Assembly: GCA_028534125.1 (NCBI GenBank) | Contig: CM052817.1 | Span: 15,378,001-15,442,000 of the forward strand | Direction of reading: 5' to 3' | Length of the DNA stretch: 64,000 bases | DNA from: Lama glama | Lineage: Eukaryota | Shown here: positions 1 to 12,139 of the stretch, piece by piece | How positions within the stretch are numbered: position 1 is the stretch's first letter | How the letters are laid out: each line of letters starts with the position of its first letter | Program-made: the position numbers and the translations under genes | Notes under the pieces: model-generated | Database searches by the model: none | Seen by the model: only the letters and a program-made list of their open reading frames with translations | Told to the model about the DNA's origin: nothing

Positions 1-1822
1 AATTCTAGATTACTGTGCTTGCCTCGGCACTCAGGAAGCCTTTCATCTTTGTCCACTTACCATCCTGGATTTCCTTTTGTTTTGGATCTTGACTTATGAG
101 GGTTTCTCTTACTTTCTTGTTATGTTAGCTATGTACTGAGAAGGAGTTTTGAAGCAGAATTTTATGAGCATATTCAGGTATTTTGTAGCTGGAGAATTTG
201 AGAACACCTGAAATTTTAGAACAAGGAATCTGGCAACATAGTTTTCAACTTCTTTGGCTGTGACATTTAGCATTAAGTATAAACAACTAAACAATATAAA
301 ATTTCTTCTTATTATTATTGGATTATGAAGTCCCAGTCTCCACTTGCTAACTACCACCATCTCTCATACTTCTGGAGGAAGCTAACAGAGATTCCCAAAG
401 CAGAGCAATAGATCCATGGGAAATGTTCCACGTTGCTAAAATTCATATTATACAGACACATTTGGAAAATATCCCATTTTTAAGTGTTGGACCACCCATC
501 TTCATTTGTGAATGCCATAGATTTATTGTGCTTCTGAACCATCTTATCATGGACTTGTACATCCCAACAGGGAGTGTCAGCAAATCTTGTCTGCAGTGTG
601 AAGAGGGAAGCCAATTCCATTTTGAGAAGACATGCTTTACAGAATATCTAGAAACTGAAAAAAAAAATGTTTTGCAAGGGATTCAGCTACTTCGAATTGC
701 TTTCCATCGCAATGAAACAACAACATGGATGTCAAGATTTACCTGCATTTTATATCCATCAAATCAATATAAAAAGGTGAAGGTAAAATTTCTGCTGCTT
801 CTGTGGAATGAGAATGAACCATGTTTTACAGCAATGCCAATAAGATGAGCAAAAGAGCAAATACTGAAAGTTTTTATTCAGGAGATCTATCCTAAATGGG
901 GTATGCATAAGACAGCAAGTATTAAGATGCACTGCAGTTGTACGAAAGTCTTGTTGGTATGAGACACAAAAAGGGTCTTTTACTCCCAAGGAGTCTCCCA
1001 AGGAGACTGGCTATTTCATGCATCCTATAAAGTCAAGAGTAGTCTGAACAGCTTACCACACATTTTAAATAACAAAAATAAAGCCAGTATCATTTACGAT
1101 ACCACTTAAACTTCTGAGCTCATTTAAAAACTGGCTTAGTGAGCATCAAGTAATAAGAGATGGATGGCGACTAAAATGCCAAAAATATGGTTGCCTTCTC
1201 CAAAATAAGAATGGCTTGACAACCTCAGGAAAAATGTCCAAGAGAGTAAACGAGTCTTTACTACCTTTCATCTTTTGGAGCCCTCGTCTTCCTTTCTTGG
1301 GTTCTCGGATCCTGACACTGTCTAATGTTGCTCCTTGACTGCTAAACTGATTCTGCACCCCAGTAAGCCCCATCTTCCCTCAGTCTCACTTGTTTTTTAA
1401 AATACATGTTCTTAGTTTAAGAAATGATTGGTCGTTTGACAAAATCAATAGATCATTCAGAAATCTTAAATCCAAATGAATTTTCTTAAGAGAAATTAAT
1501 GTAGGAAATTTATTTTGAGAATTTAAAATAATCGTAGCATTTTTCTGCTAAACTACATTAATAGGAAGAATAAGTAAATGGGTTATAGAAAAATTAAGTA
1601 CACTATATTAATATATGTATTTATATAAAAATATATAAATTGGTGTATACATCTATACATATAAATATAAATACATATGCATATATATACTGATTAAATC
1701 ATCATAGATGATTGAGCTAGGAATTGCCTTAGCTGATAAATACTAGCTCTTGTTTTTCATCTTTTCCATTTCTAGCATTCAGGTCTAAAAGTTCTTTGTC
1801 AGACATTGTATTCATAATCTTT

Positions 1823-2031
1823 CTTTTTTTAAATTGAAATACAGTTGATTTACAATATTATGTTAGTTTCAGGTATGGAGCAAAGTGATTCTTATATATA
1901 TATATTCATTTTTCAGATTATTTTCCATTATAGGTCAGCTATTGTGTATAGTTCTCTGTGATATACAGTAACTCCTTGTTGTTTATCTGTTTTATATATA
2001 GCAGTGTATATCTGTGACTCCCAAACTCCTG
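1823..2031 (-). mobile_element. 5'-truncated L1 3' end (artiodactyl-type)
   Basis: T-run followed by aaattgaaatacagttgatttacaatattatgttagtttcaggt...ctcccaaactcct, the reverse complement of the L1 3'UTR terminus; degenerate flanking duplication ataatcttt/ataaccttt. Confidence 0.8.
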
Positions 2032-2329
2032 AAATAACCTTTTTAAAAATTCTTACGTTATTCTCACCTTGCTCCTCCTCCTGAGAAGGTTGAGTCATTG
2101 GCCACATTTGCTGCTCTATTTTGACTCAGGGATCCCTTCCCTGACTCATTTTATTTCAGAGACCTTCCCTGATATTTACTGCTATGTTTCTGTCTTGGAC
2201 TGACTTAAAAGTAAAATAGAAAACCAAACCAACAAATGAAACACCAACTGGAAAACAGAGACGTTCAAACGGTATCATTGAATCCTATCAGGGTAAGACA
2301 GCCTCACGCTGTCCCTCTCACAGGATTAG

Positions 2330-2510
2330 TTTCATTATCTCAACTGCCATCTTTCATTTGCTGGCTTGTAGTCTGGGAAATCCTGCTGGAGTGGAAGCTC
2401 CATGAGAGCTGGCGCTTTGTCTATTTTCTTCTCCTTCTGAAATACACGTGCCAATAACAAGGCCCATCACAGGCCACGCGCTCGGAAATCTTTGTTGAAT
2501 GAATGAATGG
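2330..2510 (+). mobile_element. L2 3' end fragment
   Basis: gaagctccatgagagctggcgctttgtc...tttgttgaatgaatgaatg matches the L2 3' terminus. Confidence 0.75.
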
Positions 2511-3579
2511 CTGGGGAAGATGGATGTGGGCCAGGAAGGCACTTTAAATAATACGTTGAAATCTGAGAGACTTGGCAGTATTACTGAATCGGGCTGCCAA
2601 CGGAAGATCTTAAACACTCTTTGGGGCAGTTTAAGCAGTTTTACTTTGAAATTAGTGAATGTACATTTTAAAAGGTGTTGAGATTTCTGTCACCTTCCTC
2701 CAAAAATGTGTAAACAATTGCACAGAAAAGGAAAGGTAACTGTGTTTCTTCCAATGATCTTAAGCGCTGTAGATACGCTCTAGGGAAATCGTAGACAAGA
2801 TACGTAGAAAGATGTCTCCACTCTTTTCAATCATGTTTGAATAATTGGCTCTCAGACAAAGTTTTTAAGTAAAGGGAGAGATAAACTGGAAAAAGACTGA
2901 ATGTAAAAAGCAAAAAGGAATTACACAATTATATACACACAATCCTCCCAGAGTCTGCATTTTCCACCAGTTGTTACTGCAGTACAAGTTTGGAACTGTG
3001 TATGTCATGCTGCTTTAAATACTACGGTGATAATGATAACAGTAAACATACTCGTAACAACGTCAGAGAGTATAAATCCTATTTCACACATATAAATTTC
3101 TACTAGGTATCACATACCCATTTTATAGGAAAAGTAATAGATTAACCGCGGTTTATCACTGTCACATCTTATAAACCCAATTGTTAGGGCTCTACTTGCC
3201 ATGTGCTTTGTGTTTTAAAACCTTCTCACAGGAAAAAAAATACAAGATGCATTATCATTTGTATCTCGCCTATATGTTACACATTGCCTTGCATAATGGG
3301 AATTTCTAATTTGTATCAAAATAGCAAAAAAATCCTTGTTTTAAAATTGCGGAGGCCATGCACCTTTGGGGACTTATCTTTGTCCACCTCCTCTCTGCTC
3401 TCGCTTAATACTTTCATTTGCTCTCATTCTCCTAACCTCGTTTATTGGTCGATGACTCTCCAATCTTTATCTTCAGCTTAGACCTCCCTCCCAGTCTCAG
3501 GCCGATAGACCAATTTCAGCTAAAATCCTGCAGGTATCTTAAACTTAAGTCATTAATTTCTTCCAAAAATCCACCTCTA

Positions 3580-4653
3580 TTCTGATGCAAGATGGTTAAT
3601 GAAAAAAATTTTAAACTCTCTGTTCTTTCAAATCTCATCCGGTTCATTGGAGAAATACAAAAATAAACTCGTAGTAACCTTGGAAAGTTAGGAGGAGTTC
3701 ACCGGCACAGCAGAATGGTAAGAATTTCTGGAGCTTAACAGTGACGTCCAGCAGATACGCTGCCTTGGTAACATAACAGGTGTCAAGGAAGACTTATAAA
3801 ACAAAAGGCTTCCCCTGGAAGAATGCTAAGATAATGCTGAGAACTGAAGGGACAGAATCTGGAAGAAGGATCTGAACACGATCAAATTTCAACCAGGAAT
3901 TATTTCAAAGACAATCTTTGTCTTAGTTTCCCAATTATTATAGAGCACCCAACTCCAACATTTTTCTCAGAGGAAACAAAATCCAAAGTAATTATATAGA
4001 TCTAAAAAGTAAGCAAGTGATAAAGGCAGAGAGAACTGATGAGGAATTTCCTTATTCAGAGAAGCCATCACTCACCTGCCTGGACATTCAATCCACCCTA
4101 TTTGAGGAAATTAAAATTTTGTTTTCAGAGCTAATAAGAGATTTCTGACTAATTAAACCCACCAACCACTAAAGAGGGAAAAAGAAAATCTAAAACCAAA
4201 AAAAAAAAAAAGATGAACATGGATTATCTAAATGGCAATGAGAATCCACCTGGCAGCAGTAACAAAAGGGACTTCAAGCAAGAAGCAATGTCCCAGCATT
4301 CTGAGGAAAGAATGCTTTGAATCATTTTTTTCTGTCCCCAGCCAGAACAACATTCAAGTGTGAAGACCAGATAAAAACATTGTTATGTAAGGAAAGAATA
4401 TTTCCACCCACAAATTTTTTCTTAATGAATTAATTTGAGAGTATATTCTCACAAAAACAAAAATAAATCCACAAGAAAAGATGAGGAGCTTGCAACTATT
4501 TTGGAATAAAACATTTATAAATTTTATGACTGTCTAAATAATTATTAATGCAGTAGTTGTGAATCATAAGACAACTATGAAAGAATAATTTATAAAAACA
4601 TGGAGATAACACAAAATTACAATAAAATGAAAGTAAAAATCCAGATGATTTCA
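3580..4653 (+). mobile_element. Old L1M/HAL1-type fragment (5' region and ORF1 remnant), with further A-rich L1 remnants to about 6030
   Basis: caagatgg start; A-rich strand bias; ORF1-like tract ccagccagaacaacattcaagtgtgaagaccagataaaaacat. Confidence 0.55.
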
Positions 4654-4859
4654 GTGTGTGATGGAGATATAGCTCAAGTGGTAGAGCGCGTGCTTAGCAT
4701 ACACAAGGTCCTGGGCTCAATCCCCAGGATCTCCTCTAAAAATAAGTAAGTAAAACCTAATTACCTCCCCTCCAAAAGAATTTTTTTAATTATATTAAAA
4801 TTTTTAAGAAAAGAACTCAAAGAGATCTAGATAAGAATACAACAGTTCCTTCCTTAAAA
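4654..4859 (+). mobile_element. tRNA-Ala(AGC)-derived camelid SINE (vic-1 type) with 19-bp TSD
   Basis: A box tagctcaagtgg, anticodon arm gtgcttagcatacac, degenerate B box gggctcaatccc, tail aaacctaattacctcccc; TSD aaaaatccagatgatttca at 4635-4653 and 4860-4878. Confidence 0.9.
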
Positions 4860-4982
4860 AAAAATCCAGATGATTTCAACACCATGAAATGAACTTGGAC
4901 ACAGGAAAGAGATAATAGCCAGCTAAGAATTTTGTCTTGGTTCGTGGGAGAAATTGTAATACTTTTAAGTGCTGTGCATGTG

Positions 4983-5403
4983 TGTATTAGTTTCCTAGTC
5001 CCACCACAATAAATTATCACCAACTGGATGACTTAACACAACAGGAATTTATTCTCAGACAGTTCTGGAAGCCAGAAGTCCAAGATCAAGGTGTTGAAAG
5101 TGTTGGTTCTTTTGCAGGCTCTGAGGGAAAAGTACATTCCATGGCTCTCTACTAGCTTTTTATGTCAGCCAGTAGTTCTAGGTGCTTCTTGGAGTGTAGA
5201 CACATCAATTCCATTTTTATGAGTCCTTCCCTCTTTGTACATTTCACTGTCTCTTAAAAAGACACCCATAATTGGCTTTAGAACCCAGAATGATATCATT
5301 TTGAGATTCTTATGTAAATTATGTCTACCAAGACCCTTTCTCCAAATAAGGCCATTGTCACAGGTAGACATGTCTTTTGGGAGGTCACATTTCATCTTCT
5401 ACA
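4983..5403 (-). mobile_element. MaLR solo LTR (MLT1C/D-like)
   Basis: tgtattagtttcctag...aatttattctcagacagttctggaagccagaagtccaagatcaaggtg...ctaca; TG..CA ends; 5-bp flanks atgtg/atgtc. Confidence 0.85.
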
Positions 5404-5439
5404 ATGTCTTAATACATATTGAATAACAAAAATAAACTC

Positions 5440-5670
5440 TTATACTACTTTCAATATATCAAGCACTAGGTGCTTTATGCATATTAACTGAAATAATTTC
5501 CCTGATAACCCTATGACCTATGTGCTATTATATCTACTTTACTGATAAGGAAACTGAGGCACAGAGAGTTTAAGTAATTTGCCTGTGATCACACAGGTAG
5601 TTACAATGGTGGAACAAGGGTTAGGATCTATGAGTTTGGATCCTGTATGTATGCTTTTAACCACTATGTT
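5440..5670 (-). mobile_element. MIR SINE
   Basis: MIR core in reverse: gataaggaaactgaggcacagagagtttaagtaatttgcc. Confidence 0.85.
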
Positions 5671-6034
5671 TGTTAAATTCTACAAATTAATTGAATACAA
5701 GAAAAGAAGTGGAACATAAGATATCTGAACAACTAGAAAAAATTAAACTGCAACAAGAAGTACTAGATCGATTTTATAGAAGGAGGAAAAATTTAGAAAG
5801 AGTTATCTCCAAAAAAGAGATAGCATGGAGAAGACATCAAAATAAGGTGGTTGATGTCAATTCAAGTAAAACATAGGAATTTTAAGAAGAACAAAAATAA
5901 TTTAAAAAGAATTCCTACAACATGCTGTTCAAGAGACAGCTAAATCAAGCGACATATAAATGTGGGAAGTAAAGTGATGCTAAGAGATATTACAATCACA
6001 TTTTAACAAAAATAAATAGTTGCATTGTTCTTCA

Positions 6035-6480
6035 GAGATTGGTCAGAGTATTTTTTTAATGTAAATCAGATTGTGTCATCCCCACATTCAGAGACCTCCA
6101 ATGGCTTCTTGCTGTGTTTTGAATAAGACATCAACTCCTTTAATGGCTTACAAAGTCACAAGTCACCTGGTTGGTACCTGACTAACTTTACATCCCATAT
6201 CCTCCTCTCCCAATTTCCCTCTCTTGCTGTGTTCTGAGTCTACTGAGATTTTTGTTCCCCAAATTTGTCTGTACACTCTTTCTTCTCCCTGCCTAAGATA
6301 CTCTTCCTGTGCCCAACTTTGACTTGGTTTCTATTCGTCATTCAGATTTAAGGTCACAGATCACTTCTTCAGAGATGTCCTCCCCACATTACCTAAAGTG
6401 ACTCATCATTAAGCTCTAGCACTTTGCGTTAACTATTTCCAACCCCATTATTTCAACTACGTGATCTTACTTGTTTCTTA
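6035..6480 (+). mobile_element. L2 fragment
   Basis: aatgtaaatcagattgtgtcat...ctccaatggcttc...aaactcctttaatggcttacaaag, typical L2 3' region. Confidence 0.7.
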
Positions 6481-6929
6481 AAGCCATTTACAATCACAGA
6501 GTCATCAGCTTTTACACCACAATCACCTGCTAAATTAATCCCCCTTTGGTGGCACTATAATCATCCCTGCTTCTGGGAATCCAGGAAGTCTTATACAGGA
6601 TGGTATCTAAGGTCAGTCTTAGAAGATGAGCAAGAGTTAAGCTTTAAGTTAAGGAAATGGTGGTAATTTGTGGGTACATATTTAAATAAATGAAATATAT
6701 AAATGGAGAATAAGGAGACCAGTTGGGATATTGTTGATTCTCTTTCAGCCACATTCTTTAAAAAAATCACCAGTGCTATTATTCTGAATATCATCTATTT
6801 GACCCTTTAGGCCTAGTCTCCATCCTTCTCTCTTTACTTCATGCCTGGAAGGCAGGCCAAATCAAAGGGTGCTCTTGTTATCTGGCTTCCATTTGAAAGG
6901 CTGAGAAATGCCAAGAGTACATGCTTAAT

Positions 6930-8380
6930 TTTTTCCCCTACAATGATTGAGTGCCTACCATGTGCCAAGCACTGTTATAGACCAGAAGGACACTGCAGTG
7001 AACAAAGTAGATAAAAACCATTGCCCTTGTGAAGCTTACATCTTAACTGAGAATGACGCTGAATAAAATAAATGTGCAAAATTATATGAGGCATAGCAAC
7101 AATAATTATGAAAAAAATAAAGCAGTAGGGGATAGCGATGTTGGAGAACTTTGAAATTTAAAGTTGGTCACGGATCCTGCAGGACCCGAAGGGCCCCTGT
7201 AAAGAGTGTGGATTTTACTCACTGTAAATAAAAAGAAAACTTTGGCGATGGAGGTTGAACCTGTGACACAATCTAAATTAACTTTAATTTGTTTGTTTTA
7301 TAGTGTGTGTATATGTGTGTATATGCATATTTTAGAATAGACTAAAGGAAGGCAAGAAAATGTATAAGGGAAACTTATTTAAGAAGTTAATAGCAATCAT
7401 CCAGGCAAATGATAATGATGGCTAAAACTTACCAATATTACCAGCTTAGTGGCAATGGAGTTGTTGACAACGTGATGTGAAATGGTTAGATTAAAGACAC
7501 AGTTTGAAGGTGAAGTCAAGGTGATTTTCTGATAGATTCATTCATTCAACATGTTTATTGAGTGCTTACTATGGGCTAGGCATTATGTTAGGTTCTTGAG
7601 TTAGAAGAGTGAGCAAAACCAAGATCCCTGCTCTTAGAGAACTTAAAATATAATGATAATATGCAGGCACTAAACAAACAGTGAAAAAAAAAAACAATAG
7701 ATCAAGTGTATAGTGTGTTACATAGTAAGTGCTATGGAGGGATAAACTGATAAAAGTCTTGAGTGAAGAAGGGCAACAAGGATAATTCTAGTAATAAACA
7801 GTCAGAATGTGCCTGGCCAAGCAGGTGATATTTGAGTGAACCCTTGAAGGAAGAGAGGGAATCAGCCACACTGATATTTGAAAGAAGAATTATCTTGGCA
7901 GAGAGAACAGCTAGAGCAAAGGCCATAGGGTAGGTACATGCCTGGGGGCTCACAGAACCCAGAAAAAGCTGGTGAGGCTGGAACAGACTAGAAAGAGACA
8001 GGCATTGGGATAGGACATCAGAGGAGCAGCAGGTTTACGTGTAGACTACACAGGGCTTTCTAAGCACTGGGGCTTACTCTCGGGGCAATGAGAGCCAATG
8101 CAGGGTTTTGTGTGGAGGAGAAGCAAGAGCTAACCTTTGTTTTAAAAGAAGTATGCAAGTTGCAGTATTGAGAATCGACTCTGGAAGTCAAGGTTCGATG
8201 CAGGTAGACAGCTGTGAGGTGGGGTGTGTGAAAGAGAGAAGACGTCAAGGACAAAGTCGCCATATAAAAAACGTACGGAAAAAACTGGAAGGAGAGTAGG
8301 TTATGGGGGGGGTGGGAGGAAGATTCGGATTTACTATTGGACAAATTAAGATTGAGATGACTGTTAGAGATTCTTTCCTC
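6930..8380 (-). mobile_element. L2 fragments (two overlapping 3' ends)
   Basis: attgagtgcctaccatgtgccaagcactg at about 6946 and attcattcattcaacatgtttattgagtgcttactatg at about 7537. Confidence 0.8.
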
Positions 8381-9359
8381 ACTTTTTTTCAGGTCTCTAT
8401 CCCACAGCACTCAGTTATTTAACAGATGATTCTAGAAAAAGCAAGTGAACGTGGTCAGCTTAGTCACTCCATTTATTCTATTATGGGAACCACTTTACTT
8501 GCAGGAGAAAAAAATGCACTCTCTGATTCTGTCATCTAACTTTTCAAAGTCAAGCCCCCAGTGAAAGTGTCTATGTCTGTGTAACAATTGTGTGACTAGA
8601 TGAGTAAACTTCAGTCTTTGGTAAAGAGTCAGTAAATCTGATTTGCTGCAGTTCCATGGATACTTCCTCTAAAGCGCTTTATACAGAATGAAAGTGATTA
8701 TTGAATCTCAGTATGTCGGAGCCCATGTCGATCTGTCAATCCTTTTGAGACTTGGGGGGTGGGAGAAAAATGGCATTATTCCTTTTCTTCAAACTAAAGA
8801 TTTAAAAAAAATGAATGTAGAGTGAATTTTACACTAAAGATTATTATTAAGAGGCAGCCTTCACATCCAAGTCTTCTCAATTTTGAAGATAAAATTGAAT
8901 TTGACCTTTAACTAAAGATCAATTGCACTGGGTAACCAATTTGGACTGATTCCACTGGAGATCACCTAAGAGTATTCTGGCATTGTAAATGGCCATTAAA
9001 AGCTATCAGTGCTATAATTCTTTTAGAAACAGATAGTTATGTGAGAGTCATATGATGGTTATTGCTTTATGATTTAGATATTATTTAATGAACAGTTGGA
9101 AATATCTATCAAGCCTGACTTGACAAAAGAGGACAGACAGAACCTCTATCTTAGCCAAGACTATTTGCAGAAAATGCTGTAATTTCCAAAAGCATACCCT
9201 TCAAACTGACAATAATAGCACATTATTCATTTGCTTTACATCTTTCACTTAAAATTATCAAAACATTTTGCAGTACCTGACTTTAGTCTCATGTGTTAAC
9301 TAGAGTCACAACTGTAAGTCACCAGGACTGCTCATCACCATCATCAGAGGCCACTCTAG

Positions 9360-9830
9360 GTGAGGAGTTTTAACTTGTTTTGTGCCATGGACCATTTTAG
9401 CAGTCTTTTGAAACCATCTCAGAATAAGAGTTTTAAATGCATAGAAGCCCAGGATAAAAACCATATTAAAGCATAGAGCATTTTTAAGTGTACTCAGTTT
9501 CTCATTTTGCTTAAATGTTGTACCTATTCACAGGTTTGCTGGCATTATTCAAGAATTGCTTTATTTTATTAGTTACTAACCACTGGCTTATTGAATTTTT
9601 ACTTTGTCTATGTTGCTTATAAAGTGTCACAAAATTTTCATTGGTTGTAAATATCTCATGTCTGATGTAAACAAACAACTCTTTAATATTACAAAACTAA
9701 AAAGAAAGGTATTGTGAGCTGTTCATGCTTAGGAAAAATAGAGGTCTTGAATCAAAATTATATTTACGTTAGGACAAAAAAAATGTATTTTTTTGTTTCA
9801 AGTTCAGAACTCCAAATTAAGATGTATCCT
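9360..9830 (+). mobile_element. hAT-Charlie non-autonomous element (Charlie4a-like)
   Basis: ttttgtgccatggaccattttagcagtct...tctcagaataagagttttaaatgcat and terminal tcaagttcagaac resemble the remembered consensus; tctag-type target upstream. Confidence 0.6.
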
Positions 9831-10059
9831 GATACACTTCCACAGCAAACTGAATTGAATCAAACCCATTAGTGACATGAACAGTTCAGGATTCGCCAGA
9901 AAAGAAAAGTCCTAGTGGTTGACCTGAGAGATAATAGTTACCTTAGTTGTTGAAGAGAGATGAGTATTTCCCAGAGAATTACTTAAGCCAGAGCTTGTAA
10001 TTAAGAACACACTCTTCGACAGGCCTGGGCTGACTATCCAATACAAGTTATGTCTACCT

Positions 10060-10290
10060 CTGGTAGTCTGTTACAGCAGTTTGTCCTTTTCCTTTATGGC
10101 ATCAATCTCAACTTATAATTATATACTTAGGTCTGTGTTTACTTGTCTACTGTCTGTTTTCCACACTTGGTTTTAAGTTCTGGAGAATAGGGGCTATGTC
10201 TCTAGCCCCAAACACAGTGAATGTCACACATAAAGGGCTCAATAATGATCAGTTTAATGATTAAATGAATTGCTGAATTTATGGATGAAT
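10060..10290 (+). mobile_element. L2 3' end fragment
   Basis: tgtctgttttccacact...gggctcaataatgatcagtttaatgattaaatgaat. Confidence 0.6.
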
Positions 10291-11789
10291 AAAAACATTA
10301 TCACTCTCTCCAGACATTCTCATTTGACAGATTCGTCTTCAGCAAAGACAGTACAATAAATTGTACATTTATTTACATGTCCATTACAGTACTGGAAACA
10401 ATCCATGAAATATTGCTGGGCAAAATACTTTGAAATTTCCAGTGGTGACATGTTTTGTACCAATGATATCTACTACTTTTCACAGTTCTTTTGTATCCAA
10501 AGAAAGGTAGACATCAGAGTTTTGAAGATGGATTATTGTGAAAGGCAGAAAAGCAAAACAAACAAACAAACAACAAAAACAGGATATAGGAGAAGAAAAT
10601 GAAAATGAATAAGAAAAAGTCAAATAAGATATAGGTTAAAAAGAAAAGATCAAATAATTACACAGAAAAAAAAAAGGAACCAACATTAGTATATAAAAAA
10701 GCCAGATTTTAAAAAGTTATGTAACACTCCACATTTCCACAAGTTGGGGCAATGTAACATGTTCTACCTTTCTTTTTTTTTCATTGCCAAATTTGTTGGT
10801 TTAAATCCCCAGTGAATTTCTACCGTGTAGTACTTTCCTCTGCCCTCCATTCTGCCTAGAGCCCCTCCAGTTGCCTATCACTAGTTTTCTCATCATAGTC
10901 ATCTTTCAAGACCCCAATGAGGCTCTGATTTCTCCATTACAACATTTCCATTTTATCTGTTGAAGAAGTTGAGACTCAGGGGTAAAGAAACAATGCAAGT
11001 GCACACATGGGGACAGCACGAGGACGAGAACACAAAGGAGTGTTCTTTCCATAGCGTTACAAGGTCTATGATTTGGAGCACCCTTTGCTCCAAGGTTTGA
11101 AATACTGGACATTATCCATCAGTGGAGCCAGACCATGTCTACCTGGGTCAACATAAAAAACAGGAAATGTTAGTGGGAATCCATAAGAGTATAGTTACTA
11201 TCAAATCTGAGGTACACACTACAAAGCTGTCTGCTATATCTTCCCAAGTATGCAAAATGAAGTATATGGAATAAAAACCAAAGCATTAAGTTGATTAACA
11301 TAAAATGGCCTAAAAGTACATAATATGTGATAATATGTGATATCAAAGGATATATTTGCAGGGTATGCAAGAATATCGGATGAGCAAATTCCTATTGAAC
11401 GATGAAGTGATTTGCAACATACTATGAAAAGCATAACTTTAAGGAGGCGGTTTCCTTTTCCCCTTTAATACAGAACATAAATTTCATTAATTTTAAAATG
11501 TGACTTTCAAAGGCAAATGTACCCATGGGCATCCCAGAGAGACTCAATAGGATTTTAAATTTAGGAAAGTAGTATAGTTACACAATATAAAATCAATATC
11601 TTTTGGTTATTAAAACATTTCATTCAAGTTTGACATTTATAGGTTTGGTTGGTATTTTTCCTTACTTGCTTTATTTGAAGGTCTGAGTAAATGACTGTAA
11701 ACTACAGGATTTTGTTTAGGAAGTACCTCTAAGGCCTCCAAAGGCAAAAAACTCATCCTTTCCTGATGTTGCCTAAAGATACTTCCATC

Positions 11790-12080
11790 TATTCATTTAT
11801 TCATTTGTTTATTTCATAAGTATTTATTGGCATCCATTAACAGGTACTTCAAAAAAAAAGTCACCAATTCTTGTCTTCAAGGAAAACAAAGCTACTGTGT
11901 GAAGACATATGTAAAAATATGAATGCAATAATAAAATTGCTGTGAGAAAAATGTGAATGAAGTACAGAGAATACAGTTGAGGGTAGAGTAGACAAAATTA
12001 AATCCTAAAGGGAAGGTCACACTAGGAAGGAGGCTCGGAAGAGAACAGAGCAGACGGAAGAGGCAGCAGGGCAAAGGATT
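11790..12080 (-). mobile_element. L2 fragment
   Basis: attcatttattcatttgtttatttcataagtatttattg reverse L2 terminus. Confidence 0.6.
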
Positions 12081-12139
12081 GGAGACTTGGCACTGGGGGG
12101 CCCTGGCCTCATTGCAAGGCCTGCCCTATGAGTCAGATT

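Noticed and set aside
423..848. 141-aa ORF
   Set aside because: No recognisable domain, promoter context or coding bias; expected by chance in 64 kb
4660..4735. Apparent tRNA-Ala(AGC) gene
   Set aside because: The B box is mutated, and it carries a SINE tail, A tail and 19-bp TSD, so it is a tRNA-derived SINE
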